DNA from: a bacterium GBS-1
GTDB lineage: Bacteria; Synergistota; GBS-1
Assembly (NCBI GenBank): GCA_001443005.1
Contig: LEKQ01000016.1
Location: 10,788-74,787, forward strand
Direction of reading: 5' to 3'
DNA: 64,000 bases
Shown here: positions 55,344-64,000 of the stretch, one piece after another
How positions within the stretch are numbered: the first letter of the stretch is position 1
Layout: every line of letters begins with the position of its first letter
Position numbers and translations under genes: made by a program
Notes under the pieces: generated by a model
Seen by the model: only the letters and a program-made list of their open reading frames with translations
What the model was told of the DNA's origin: nothing
Database searches by the model: none

Positions 55344-55668
55344 AAAATATAAGAACATATGTGAGTTAGCTAGGACTATAAGAAGTAAAAACGCAGGTTC
55401 GTTTGTGATAACGCTGGAGATAATTTTCGATGACAGAGATATATACGAAAAGGTAAAGAAAAGCGGTGTGATAACCAGGGAGAAGATAGCGGAGCTTTAT
55501 GGCGTTGAGCCCGATAAGATTATAGACTTTATGTTTTTCGACCCTGGGATGGGGATAAAGGCGAACTTCAGAAGAGCGTCCCCGAGCGGAGGACCAGGCG
55601 AAACCGATGTGTATGGTTGCCAGCAATATGCGCCTCTTTTCAATATAGATATACCGTGGGATGAGTGA
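55330..55668 (+). CDS. DUF4387 (AtuA C-terminal-like) small protein
   Basis: 112 aa. ...IRSKNAGSFVITLEIIFDD...Y..V..SGVIT...IAELYGV....I....FFDP..GIK......SG..GE.D.YG.QQ..PL. Start at GTG 55330 or ATG 55336, overlapping the stop of PrpD paralog 1. Confidence 0.55.
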   Translation: MKMVRKYKNICELARTIRSKNAGSFVITLEIIFDDRDIYEKVKKSGVITREKIAELYGVEPDKIIDFMFFDPGMGIKANFRRASPSGGPGETDVYGCQQYAPLFNIDIPWDE

Positions 55669-55671
55669 GCC

Positions 55672-57033
55672 ATGTCTTACACTAGAAATTTTGCAACTTT
55701 CATTAGCTCTCTGAGTTTACAATCTGTGCCGCCTGAGGTTCAGCACCAAGCTAAAAGGTGCTTTTTCGATGCTGTTGGAGTTATGATCGCTGGAAGCTTC
55801 TATTCAGATACTGCAAGAGTAGTAAAGAGTTTAGCTCAAGAGCTTGAGGAGGTAGGGGAATCGACCATAGTGGGGACTAATCTTAGGAGGTCTTGCATGA
55901 CAGCAGCCTTTGCTAATGCTGCTATGGCTCATGCTCTTGAGCTAGATGATGGTTCAAAGTATGCCACTTATCATCCTGGTGCTTCTTTAATACCGACCTC
56001 TTTAGCTTTAGCCGAAAAGCTTGGCGCTAGCGGACGAGATCTTTTAGAAGCTATTATCTGCGGGTACGAGGTCTCTCTGAGAATAGGGACGGCGGTAAAT
56101 CCTCATCACTATCTCAGTGGTTTTCATCCGACGGGAACCGTTGCTGTGTTTGGTACTACGGCTGTTTCAGCTAAGCTATTGAAGCTTTCGGAAGAGGAGA
56201 TAGTAAGCGCCCTTGGGATCGCGGGTAGCATGGCTTGTGGAATAAATCAATACGAGATAGATGGCTCAAATGTTAAGCATCTTCATCCAGCAAACGCTGC
56301 CAGAAACGGTATCCTTGCAGCCCTTTTAGCTAAAAAGGGATTGAGCGGCCCTGAGCATATCTTGGAGGGAAGGTTGGGATTTTTCAAGTGCTATGCTCAG
56401 GGGAACTATGACAGAAAGGTTTTGGAAGAAGGTATAGGTAGCGATTTTGAGATCTTGAGGATATACTTTAAGCCCTATCCTTCCTGTCGATACGTTCATT
56501 ACGCTGTAGAGGCAGCGCTAGAGCTTAGGAAGAGATACGGGATAAAGGCGGAGGATGTTGAGAGCATAAATGTAAGGACACACCTAAATGCGAAACAGGG
56601 GTCAGATATTCCTGACTATAGAACCCCTCTACATGCTCGCTTGAGCATTCAGTATGGGATTGCCTCAGTGCTTGTAAGAGGCAAAGCCGGAATGAAAGAA
56701 TATACTGAGGATAGCATAAAAGATCAATGCATTAAGGAGTTAGTTAATAAAATAACAATAGAAGTGGATCCTGAGATTCAGAAGCTTTATCCTAATCCAC
56801 GTTCTTTGGTCCTTGAGATAAACACGAAGGATAATAGGGTATTTTCCCATAGGGTTGATTACCCTAAAGGGGATCCTGAAAATCCCATGAGTGATTCTGA
56901 ACTTGAGGAGAAGTTCTTAGATATCACAGAGGAAGCTTTAGGAAGGGACAAAGCCTGCCTATTAATGGAGAGGCTTTGGAGCATTGATGAGGTAAATAAC
57001 ATAAGATCAATAAGTGAACTTTTAATGCTTTAA
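55672..57033 (+). CDS. MmgE/PrpD-family protein, paralog 2
   Basis: FATFISSLSLQSVPPEVQHQAKRCFFDAVGVMIAGS, HALELDDGSKYATYHPG, 453 aa. Confidence 0.8.
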   Translation: MSYTRNFATFISSLSLQSVPPEVQHQAKRCFFDAVGVMIAGSFYSDTARVVKSLAQELEEVGESTIVGTNLRRSCMTAAFANAAMAHALELDDGSKYATYHPGASLIPTSLALAEKLGASGRDLLEAIICGYEVSLRIGTAVNPHHYLSGFHPTGTVAVFGTTAVSAKLLKLSEEEIVSALGIAGSMACGINQYEIDGSNVKHLHPANAARNGILAALLAKKGLSGPEHILEGRLGFFKCYAQGNYDRKVLEEGIGSDFEILRIYFKPYPSCRYVHYAVEAALELRKRYGIKAEDVESINVRTHLNAKQGSDIPDYRTPLHARLSIQYGIASVLVRGKAGMKEYTEDSIKDQCIKELVNKITIEVDPEIQKLYPNPRSLVLEINTKDNRVFSHRVDYPKGDPENPMSDSELEEKFLDITEEALGRDKACLLMERLWSIDEVNNIRSISELLML

Positions 57034-57038
57034 GGGGG

Positions 57039-58448
57039 GTGTCTGTTTTGGGGGAATTCGTGAATCCCGCAAAGGGAACAATAGGAGAGGCTCTCGCTAA
57101 GTTTGCGGTTGAGCTTAAGTATGAGGATATACCGAAGGAGGTTTTAAGCCATCTTAAGGATGTTATGCTGGATGGCTATGGTTGTGGCTTATTTGGTACT
57201 ACAACACCGTGGTGGAGCATATATAAGAAGGTGTTAACCTCCCTGTTTAAGGAGAAGGAGGTTTCAATCTGGGGCGACAGCGATAAGACATCGGTGGTAG
57301 CTGCTACAATGCTCAACGGAGCTGCTATTAACTCCTTTGAGCTCGATGATACTCACACTGAGGGGATAATTCACGTTTCGACTGGGGTTTTAGGATGTGT
57401 ATCTTCATTTGCGGAGTATTTAGGAAATGTCTCGGGAAAAGATTTTCTTGTGGCGACAACTCTTGCTTATGAGGTATCCTGTAGAATAGCAGCTCCTGTT
57501 GGAAGGATTTTAGCAGATCAGGGGTTTAACAATACTGGAGTTTGTTGTCCTATAGGGTCAACAGCGGCCTGCGGAAAACTATTGAATCTCAATGTAGATC
57601 AAATGATAGATGCCTTTGGTATTGCTGCTAATTGGTCCTCAGGGCTTCAAGCGATTCAGTTTGAGTCTATGGCCAAGAGAATAGTTCCCTCTAAGTCGTC
57701 AGAGGGTGCCATAATAGGAAGTCTTTTAGCTAAAGAGGGATTTACCGGTATAAAGGATGTTTTCGAGAACAAGTTTGGAGGATTTTATAACTGCTTTACC
57801 GATGATGTATACGATAGGGAAAGGATAGTGGGAGACCTAGGCGTTAGGTACGAGCTTATGGGGATAGGTCTCAAGTTTTACTCGACTTGTAGAAGTAAGC
57901 ATACAACCATAGATGCCCTTAAGAGGTTTAGAAGCGAGCATCCAGAGGTTAAGCCTGAGGATATAGAGAAAATAGTTGTTCACACTACTTCTATAACTAA
58001 AAAGTACTCAGTTGATGTAGATAGGATTATCAGCGTAGTCTCAGCTCAGCTCAGTCATCCTTATGTATGTGCTGTGGTTATGCTGGAGGGAGATGCTTTC
58101 ATAGACCAATTTAATGAGGAGAAGATAAGGGACCCCAAAATCCTTGAGCTTGCCAGGAAGGTCGAAGTAGTGGTGGATCCAGAGATAGACAAATTGCCTA
58201 ACTCCTTAAGATATACAGTGCATGTAGATATATACCTCAAGGATGGCAGGAGTTACAGGGTAACCCAGGTTTTTCCTAAGGGACATCCTAAGAATCCCTA
58301 TACGAGGGAGGAGCTTGAGAGGAAGTTCAAAATACTAGCGGGCAAGGTTTTCCAAGATGAGGAGCGCTTAAATAGAATAATCGAGACGGTTATGAACCTG
58401 GAGGATCTACCCAATGTTAATGAGTTGTTTAAGCTTTTGAGCAAATGA
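57039..58448 (+). CDS. MmgE/PrpD-family protein, paralog 3
   Basis: LAKFAVELKYEDIPKEVLSHLKDVMLDGYGCGLFG, NSFELDDTHTEGIIHVS, 469 aa. Confidence 0.8.
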   Translation: MSVLGEFVNPAKGTIGEALAKFAVELKYEDIPKEVLSHLKDVMLDGYGCGLFGTTTPWWSIYKKVLTSLFKEKEVSIWGDSDKTSVVAATMLNGAAINSFELDDTHTEGIIHVSTGVLGCVSSFAEYLGNVSGKDFLVATTLAYEVSCRIAAPVGRILADQGFNNTGVCCPIGSTAACGKLLNLNVDQMIDAFGIAANWSSGLQAIQFESMAKRIVPSKSSEGAIIGSLLAKEGFTGIKDVFENKFGGFYNCFTDDVYDRERIVGDLGVRYELMGIGLKFYSTCRSKHTTIDALKRFRSEHPEVKPEDIEKIVVHTTSITKKYSVDVDRIISVVSAQLSHPYVCAVVMLEGDAFIDQFNEEKIRDPKILELARKVEVVVDPEIDKLPNSLRYTVHVDIYLKDGRSYRVTQVFPKGHPKNPYTREELERKFKILAGKVFQDEERLNRIIETVMNLEDLPNVNELFKLLSK

Positions 58449-59707
58449 AGATGAGAGGGAAAACCATAGTAGAGAAGATCATATCTTCTCATTGTAGGGA
58501 AGGCGTTAAGGCTGGAGATTTCACCGTTGTCTCTGTGGATCTGGCCGTAACTCACGATGCCACAGGTCCTGGAGTGATCAAGGCTTTTGAGGAGTTTGGT
58601 AAGAAGAGCGTGTGGAATAGGGAGAAGATAATTTTCGTTTTCGATCATGCGGCGCCTTCACCAAACGAAAAGGTGAGCAACTTGCACGTTATGATGAGGA
58701 AGTTTACGAAGGAGCACGGAATAAAGCTTTTTGACGTAGGATGTGGGGTATGTCATCAGGTCGTGATTGAGAAGGGACTTGTTTTACCGGGAGATATAGC
58801 TGTGGGTACGGATTCGCATACTTGTACTTATGGCGCGTTAAATGCCTTTGCCTTTGGTATAGGGTCAACCGAGATGGCTGGCGTTTTCTTAACGGGGAAG
58901 CTGTGGTTAAAAGTGCCGGAAACACTAAAAGTAATCTTGAACGGAGGCCTTCCAAAGGGGGTCTATGCGAAGGATGTAGCGCTTAAGATGATAGGTGAGC
59001 TGGGTTCAGAAGGAGCTGACTACTTGGCAATAGAGTTCATCGGAGAGGCTTTAAGTCAGATGCCGATGTCCGACAGATTCGTTTTGTCCAATATGGTTAT
59101 AGAATGCGGAGCTAAAGCTGGTCTAATGGAGGCTGATTCGGAGACACTGTGTTGGCTTAAGGGTAGGGCTCGTAGAGAATTTAGCCCCGTTAGAAGCGAT
59201 GATAACGCAAGCTTTGTAGATGAGCTTTCTATAGACTGCTCTACCCTTCAACCTCAGGTTGCTGTGTATCACTCTGTAGATAACGTTTACCCGATATCTG
59301 AGGTTGAAGGGGAGAGCATCGACCAGGTATTCATAGGAACTTGTACTAATGGAAGGGCTGAGGATTTAAGGGTAGCTGCTTCTATACTCGCTGGAAGGAA
59401 AATCTCTGATGGGGTTAGGCTGATCGTATGCCCAGCTTCACACGATGAGCTTCTTAAGGCTATGAAAAGCGGTGCGATTGAGGTTCTTATAGAAGCTGGG
59501 GCAGTTTTAATACCACCTGGTTGTGGACCCTGTCCTGGTACGCATTTGGGAGTTCCTGGGGATGGAGAGAAGGTGTTATCGACCGCTAATAGAAACTTCA
59601 AAGGGAGGATGGGAAATAACAAGGCTTTCATCTTTTTAGCGTCTCCAGCTACCTGCGCAGCTTCAGCTATAACGGGTAAGATTACAGACCCAAGACGCTT
59701 TCTGTGA
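58445..59707 (+). CDS. Aconitase-superfamily hydro-lyase large subunit (LeuC/HacA-type, 420 aa)
   Basis: VDLAVTHDATGP, GTDSHT, Fe-S ligands GTCTNGR and PGCGPCPG, NRNFKGRMG. Confidence 0.85.
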   Translation: MKMRGKTIVEKIISSHCREGVKAGDFTVVSVDLAVTHDATGPGVIKAFEEFGKKSVWNREKIIFVFDHAAPSPNEKVSNLHVMMRKFTKEHGIKLFDVGCGVCHQVVIEKGLVLPGDIAVGTDSHTCTYGALNAFAFGIGSTEMAGVFLTGKLWLKVPETLKVILNGGLPKGVYAKDVALKMIGELGSEGADYLAIEFIGEALSQMPMSDRFVLSNMVIECGAKAGLMEADSETLCWLKGRARREFSPVRSDDNASFVDELSIDCSTLQPQVAVYHSVDNVYPISEVEGESIDQVFIGTCTNGRAEDLRVAASILAGRKISDGVRLIVCPASHDELLKAMKSGAIEVLIEAGAVLIPPGCGPCPGTHLGVPGDGEKVLSTANRNFKGRMGNNKAFIFLASPATCAASAITGKITDPRRFL

Positions 59708-59723
59708 GACAGGGGGTGTAAAA

Positions 59724-60224
59724 GTGGGGGAGATCCTAAGAGGTAGGGCTTTCAAGCTGGGAGATAACATAAATACAGATTATATAATAGCCGGGAAGTA
59801 TACGAAGACCCTGGATTACGCATTTTTAGCGGAGCACCTGCTTGAGGATGTGGACCCTACGATAGCAAAAAGGATTAAAAGAGGAGATTTCCTCGTGGCT
59901 GGGAAGAACTTTGGCTGCGGGTCATCAAGGGAGCAAGCGGCTATAGCTATAAAGTATGCCGGTATAAGCGCTGTTTTGGCTAAGTCCTTTGCAAGGATCT
60001 TTTTCAGAAACGCTATCAACCTAGGGCTTCCAGCCTTAGTTTGCGATACTGATCTTGTAGATGAGGGGGATGAGCTTGAGCTTGATATCGAAACCCTCTC
60101 TCTGAAAAACCTCTCTAAGAGCATACCAATTCCCGTTGTTCCCCTAAATAAGATTATGGTGAACATACTTAGGGAGGGAGGACTAGTCCCCTATCTAAAA
60201 AAGCATGGGGATTATGTCTTTTGA
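59724..60224 (+). CDS. Aconitase-superfamily hydro-lyase small subunit (LeuD/HacB-type)
   Basis: GDNINTDYIIAGKY, GKNFGCGSSREQAA.A.K..GI.AV.A.SFARIFFRNAINLGLP. Confidence 0.85.
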   Translation: MGEILRGRAFKLGDNINTDYIIAGKYTKTLDYAFLAEHLLEDVDPTIAKRIKRGDFLVAGKNFGCGSSREQAAIAIKYAGISAVLAKSFARIFFRNAINLGLPALVCDTDLVDEGDELELDIETLSLKNLSKSIPIPVVPLNKIMVNILREGGLVPYLKKHGDYVF

Positions 60225-60254
60225 TCTCTTTAAAACTAAAGGAGGTGAGTTTAA

Positions 60255-61268
60255 ATGTCTAAGGGGAAAACGGTGAAAGTAGCTCTTTTTACCTTGATGC
60301 TTCTTTGCATTACGGTAGTAGCTTTCGCTAAGGTTTACTATCTTAATATGGGGAGCACTTCTTCGGCTTCTCCAATTTACGCTTGGTGCGTTGCTACCGC
60401 TAACGCTATAAATAAAGAATATGATGATATAAGGGTTACCGTCGTGGAAAGCGGTGCTGCCTTAGATAACTTGAGGAGACTTAGGGATGGAGAGTTTGAT
60501 TTTGCTTTAGCGGTGGACTTACCATCTGCGATGCAAATGTATAAGGGAATAGACGCTTTTAAGGGAACCCCGTGGAAAGAGGTTAGATGGTTGCTTGTCA
60601 GAAACGTGATTGCAGACAGGGTTTACGTTCTTAAGGAACTTAACATTAAGAACTTTGCTGAGCTCGAAGGTAAGCCCTTCTGCCCCGGGCTTCCTGGCTC
60701 TTCGAGTGCTAACTACATGATGAGAATGGCTGAAGCTTTGGGTCTCAAGATGAACTTTCGCCCTGCTAGCTTAGCTGATGCGATTGAGTTGCTTAAGCAG
60801 AAGAAAATAGTCGCTTTACAGCAGTCCAGTCCCATTGATTCTATGTCTGCTGCGTTGCTTGAGGTGCATATTCACACTCCGTTAACGGTTGTAGGGTTTA
60901 CCAAAGAGCAAGTTGAGAGAATCAGGCAAGTTTATCCCTACCTCAGCTTCATTGAGACTCCTAAAGGAGGTATAAAGCAGCTGCCTGATGCAGGGCCTTT
61001 CTATGAAGAAGCTCCTATAGTTGGTGCGGTGGCTTCAAGCAAGCTCCCTCAAGAGGTAGGATACAAGATAATCAAAGCTTATGTCAAGCGCTTTAACGAG
61101 ATTGCTGAAGCTTGGCCAGCAATTAAGGGTTGGGATCCTGTCAGAGACTTCTTTAAGTACGCTCAACCTGGTGGAGATATCCCCGCTCACGCGGGCTTAG
61201 TACAGTATGCTAAGGAGATAGGCATAGAGGTTCCCGAAAGGTTAATACCTCCTGAGTATAAGCCGTAG
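60255..61268 (+). CDS. TAXI-family TRAP transporter solute receptor (divergent), secreted
   Basis: Signal peptide. ...V.ESGAALDNLRRLRDGEFDFALA pattern and ~330 aa size typical of TAXI binders. It is adjacent to a fused TAXI-type permease gene. Confidence 0.65.
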   Translation: MSKGKTVKVALFTLMLLCITVVAFAKVYYLNMGSTSSASPIYAWCVATANAINKEYDDIRVTVVESGAALDNLRRLRDGEFDFALAVDLPSAMQMYKGIDAFKGTPWKEVRWLLVRNVIADRVYVLKELNIKNFAELEGKPFCPGLPGSSSANYMMRMAEALGLKMNFRPASLADAIELLKQKKIVALQQSSPIDSMSAALLEVHIHTPLTVVGFTKEQVERIRQVYPYLSFIETPKGGIKQLPDAGPFYEEAPIVGAVASSKLPQEVGYKIIKAYVKRFNEIAEAWPAIKGWDPVRDFFKYAQPGGDIPAHAGLVQYAKEIGIEVPERLIPPEYKP

Positions 61269-61293
61269 ATGGCAAAATTTGGTCTCTAACCAT

Positions 61294-61332
61294 GGTGCCC
61301 TCTTAACTTGCGGTTCAGGTTAAGAGGGCACC
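61294..61332 (+). other. Intercistronic stem-loop between the binding-protein and permease genes
   Basis: Perfect 14-bp stem GGTGCCCTCTTAAC / GTTAAGAGGGCACC with an 11-nt loop. No T-run follows. Confidence 0.6.
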
Positions 61333-61355
61333 CGAATCTGGGAGGGTGAGGATTT

Positions 61356-63218
61356 TTGGATAGAGAGAGGGTTATCAGATATTGGTCTATGTCGTTTGCG
61401 TTAGTTCAGCTTTTGGTTCCCCTGTTTTTAACAGACCTTATAGATATCCAGTTGAGGGCTGTTCATGTGGCTTTGGGATTAAGCCTCGCTATACTTGTAT
61501 TTTCTAAACGAGTGGGGAAAATAACTCCCTTTGAGATGTTGATGATAATTATAGTTTTATTAGCTAACATCAATATCTTAGGTGATGCCTATGATATATA
61601 TATCACGCCTGGCGCTTCTGACTCATGGGATATAGCCCTTGGCATCGCTATTTTTATGATCATCTTAATTGTTGCGAGGAATTCAATGGGGTGGCCAATT
61701 CCAACGATGGTTCTGCTTTTTCTTGCATATATATTTTTGGGTAGATATATGCCAGGGATATGGAAGCTTAGAGGTTTATCCCTTCGCTATGTAATAAACT
61801 CTATCTACTGGTCTCCCTTGGGGGTGTACGGCTCCATTACCGGCATGTCTGCCACTTTTATTTCTACTTTTATAATCTTCGGCTCGCTTATAGCTAGTGT
61901 TGGAGCTGGAAAGACCTTTATAGATTTGGCTTTGGCTTTAACGGGAAGGTATCGTGGTGGCCCGGCTAAAACCGCTGTAATATCGAGCGCCCTTTTTGGG
62001 AGCATTTCTGGGAGTGGCGTGGCTAATGTGTGTGTTACTGGGAACTATACAATCCCCTTGATGAAACGTTTAGGCTATGACAAGGATTTTGCCGCGGCGG
62101 TAGAAGCGATAGCTTCTACAGGAGGCATCATAACTCCTCCACTTATGGGAGTAGCTGCCTTTATGATGGCCGAGTTTCTGAAGATATCTTATTTTAACGT
62201 AATGGGCTATGCTTTAATACCTTGTATATTGTTTTACACGGGAGTTTATGGTGGGGTTCATTTCTATACTTTGAAACATAATCTAGCTGCGGTTCCTGAT
62301 GAAGAGATACCCTCATTTAAAGAGGTTTTAAGGCCTGAGAGGATACTACCCCTGCTTTTACCCACGGTTGTTCTAATTTACCTGATAGCCATAGGAAGGC
62401 CGTTAATGTATGCCGGTTTCTATGGAAGCTCAACGTGTATACTTTTGCACCTGTTTCTCTCCCTTCTAAGGGGGAGATTAAAGAAGGGGGTAAAGGATAT
62501 CCTTGCAGGATTGGAAGATGGTGGAAAGGGTTTAGCAAGGTTGCTTCCGGTTTTAGTTTCGGTAAACGTCTTGGTTAATATGATAGGTATGACCGGCATT
62601 GCGCCGAAGCTAAGCGGTATAATAACCTCTTTAGGCGAAAATAATATGATACTCTCTCTTATCATAGCTACTATAATACCATTCATTCTAGGTACCTCTC
62701 TTCCAGTGGTTCCTACATATATGCTTTGCATATCCATTCTTTCATCTCCTCTTATGAAGATTGGTGTAAGGCCAGAGGCGATTCATCTCTTTTTCATATA
62801 TTGGTCTATGTTGGGAGGGGTAACTCCACCAACCTGTACCCAAGCGATGGTAGCTGCGGGTATAGCTGGAGGAAATTGGGTAAGAACGGGTTTCCTATCG
62901 GTAAAGCTCGGTATAGTGGCTTTTATAATCCCATTCTTCTTCGTCATTAACCCGGCGCTGTTAGGTTTGTCAACATGGGGTGAAGTGATCTCTTCAGCCA
63001 TAACCGGTTTTGCGGGAGCATTGCTTTTGTCCTTTAGCTTGTTCTGGACCTTTAAGGGGATCCCAGGTATTCTCTTAAAGGCAGTGTTTTTTATTAGCGG
63101 GCTTCTAGCTCTATACCCCAATTTATGGATTTCCTCAGCCTCGTTGGCTATAGTTGCTCCTATTCTGTTTCTTGGTAAGAAAAAGGGATACATAGCTGCT
63201 AGGGAAAGCTCTCCTTAA
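61356..63218 (+). CDS. TAXI-type TRAP transporter fused permease (DctQ-DctM fusion)
   Basis: 620-aa polytopic protein. The segments FGSISGSGVANV..TG..TIP.MKR.GY and GGIITPP.MG.AAF are typical of the fused 4TM/12TM TRAP permease. Confidence 0.8.
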   Translation: MDRERVIRYWSMSFALVQLLVPLFLTDLIDIQLRAVHVALGLSLAILVFSKRVGKITPFEMLMIIIVLLANINILGDAYDIYITPGASDSWDIALGIAIFMIILIVARNSMGWPIPTMVLLFLAYIFLGRYMPGIWKLRGLSLRYVINSIYWSPLGVYGSITGMSATFISTFIIFGSLIASVGAGKTFIDLALALTGRYRGGPAKTAVISSALFGSISGSGVANVCVTGNYTIPLMKRLGYDKDFAAAVEAIASTGGIITPPLMGVAAFMMAEFLKISYFNVMGYALIPCILFYTGVYGGVHFYTLKHNLAAVPDEEIPSFKEVLRPERILPLLLPTVVLIYLIAIGRPLMYAGFYGSSTCILLHLFLSLLRGRLKKGVKDILAGLEDGGKGLARLLPVLVSVNVLVNMIGMTGIAPKLSGIITSLGENNMILSLIIATIIPFILGTSLPVVPTYMLCISILSSPLMKIGVRPEAIHLFFIYWSMLGGVTPPTCTQAMVAAGIAGGNWVRTGFLSVKLGIVAFIIPFFFVINPALLGLSTWGEVISSAITGFAGALLLSFSLFWTFKGIPGILLKAVFFISGLLALYPNLWISSASLAIVAPILFLGKKKGYIAARESSP

Positions 63219-63396
63219 TGGGAAAATCTTAAGCTGGGTTACGGGTAAGAATACCGTATCTTTTCCCTTTAGAAAGGGAATTTATCGATTTCCTCAGCTA
63301 TCCCCCTCGCATATTTTAGCATTTAAACTTGGGAGGTCAGGGATATGGTATGGCTTTCCTCATTTTATAAAGATCGCTGATTTTTTGTCATGCGTA

Positions 63397-63425
63397 TTGT
63401 CAGAGTTCAGAGCATGTGGTAAACT
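63397..63425 (+). promoter_or_regulatory. Candidate promoter for the second TAXI binding-protein gene
   Basis: TTGTCA (63397-63402), 17-nt spacer, TGgTAAACT (TAAACT at 63420-63425). A second TTGTCA lies 12 bp upstream at 63385. Confidence 0.4.
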
Positions 63426-63439
63426 TATCAATGAAATAA

Positions 63440-63471
63440 TTTCTTCCTAAATTGTCATTTTTAGGAAGAAA
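63440..63471 (+). promoter_or_regulatory. Perfect 12-bp inverted repeat (operator or 5'-UTR hairpin)
   Basis: TTTCTTCCTAAA-ttgtcatt-TTTAGGAAGAAA, between the candidate -10 and the RBS of the downstream gene. Confidence 0.5.
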
Positions 63472-63497
63472 ACCTTTCATTAAAGGGGGTGCTATGG

Positions 63498-64000
63498 ATG
63501 AGGAGGGGTATGGTATATTTGGCGATTCTGGTAGCGATTTCTTTAGCTTTTGGAGTTAGGGTTCTTGCAGCTGAACAGTTTTCTATCGCTACTGGTGGAA
63601 CAGCTGGAACTTACTATCCTATAGGGTCGGCCATAGCTTCTGTTGTTAGTAAGTATGTTCCTGGAGTTAAGATGAACGCTGAGGCAACGGGAGCCTCTGT
63701 AGCTAACCTTAGAATGCTGAAGGCTAAAAAGGTAGATTTCATAATGGCTGCATCCAATACTGCCTACGGAGCATATAGTGGAGAACCACCCTTTGATAAG
63801 GATCCTGTGAAGAATCTGCGTGGAATTGCCGCTCTTTATCCTGAGGTCTTCCAGTTTGTGGTGAGGAAAGACTCTGGTATTAAAAGCTTTTATGATCTGA
63901 GGGGGAAGAAGGTAGCTGTAGGAGCTCCGGGAAGTGGGACAGAAAGAACAGCCAAGCTTGTTTTAGCTGCGCATGGTTTGACCTATGGCGATATAAAGCC
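63498..64000 (+). CDS. TAXI-family TRAP transporter solute receptor, second copy (3' end outside window)
   Basis: ATG at 63498 after AAAGGGGGTG. Signal peptide MRRGMVYLAILVAISLAFGVRVLAA. Canonical TAXI N-terminus FSIATGGTAGTYYPIGSAIA...GASVANLRML..KKVDF. Confidence 0.8.
   Translation, partial: MRRGMVYLAILVAISLAFGVRVLAAEQFSIATGGTAGTYYPIGSAIASVVSKYVPGVKMNAEATGASVANLRMLKAKKVDFIMAASNTAYGAYSGEPPFDKDPVKNLRGIAALYPEVFQFVVRKDSGIKSFYDLRGKKVAVGAPGSGTERTAKLVLAAHGLTYGDIK

Noticed and set aside
63285-63310. GGAA-N9-TTCC (GGGAATTTATCGATTTCC) downstream of the TRAP permease as a second NrpR site
   Set aside because: The spacer is 9 nt rather than 6 and the flanks are not palindromic, so it is likely chance. 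The nearby TTCC...GGAA in the 63440-63471 palindrome has the opposite orientation.

Overview
Chromosomal segment of a bacterium, probably thermophilic. The encapsulin/ferritin-like cargo pair, the split MetH and the hexuronate locus order resemble Thermotoga-type genomes, but lineage cannot be fixed from sequence alone. The window is densely coding, with about 60 CDS, many GTG/TTG starts and many 4-nt overlaps. In order: coaBC' (partial), priA, der, a PhoB/PhoR-like two-component pair, and a DctQM/DctP TRAP transporter interrupted by an inverted ortBA pair. Then pstSCA behind a Pho-box-like repeat, a rhodanese, and an M32 carboxypeptidase. Next is an A+T-richer, B12-riboswitch-controlled cobT-cobU-(TIM barrel)-cobS salvage operon, followed by a family-1 encapsulin with ferritin-like cargo and a ~0.7 kb non-coding gap. 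After that come a C26 amidotransferase with a YfcC-type carrier, a decayed methyltransferase, HU, PAP2, and housekeeping genes (rsmI, metG, tatD). A tight five-gene cluster of secreted LPP20/FlgT/CsgG-like proteins follows, then tRNA-Pro, a soluble MCP, BNR protein-metH-metH activation domain-uxaC on the minus strand, kdgR-kdgK-uxuB-uxuA, feoAB, lipid genes (plsY, pgsA), and RpiR and NrpR-like regulators. The window ends with a long operon: DUF1446, three PrpD/MmgE paralogs, DUF4387, LeuCD-like hydro-lyase and a TAXI-TRAP transporter. No CRISPR array, IS element, prophage or recognisable defence system was seen. There are two best candidates for undescribed biology. (1) The secreted five-gene LPP20/FlgT/CsgG-like envelope cluster at 29.1-33.7 kb. 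(2) The NrpR-like regulator with a perfect GGAA-N6-TTCC operator in front of the PrpD x3 / DUF1446 / DUF4387 / hydro-lyase / TAXI-TRAP operon at 51.3-64 kb. All functional calls come from reading motifs in the supplied translations. No database search was run.
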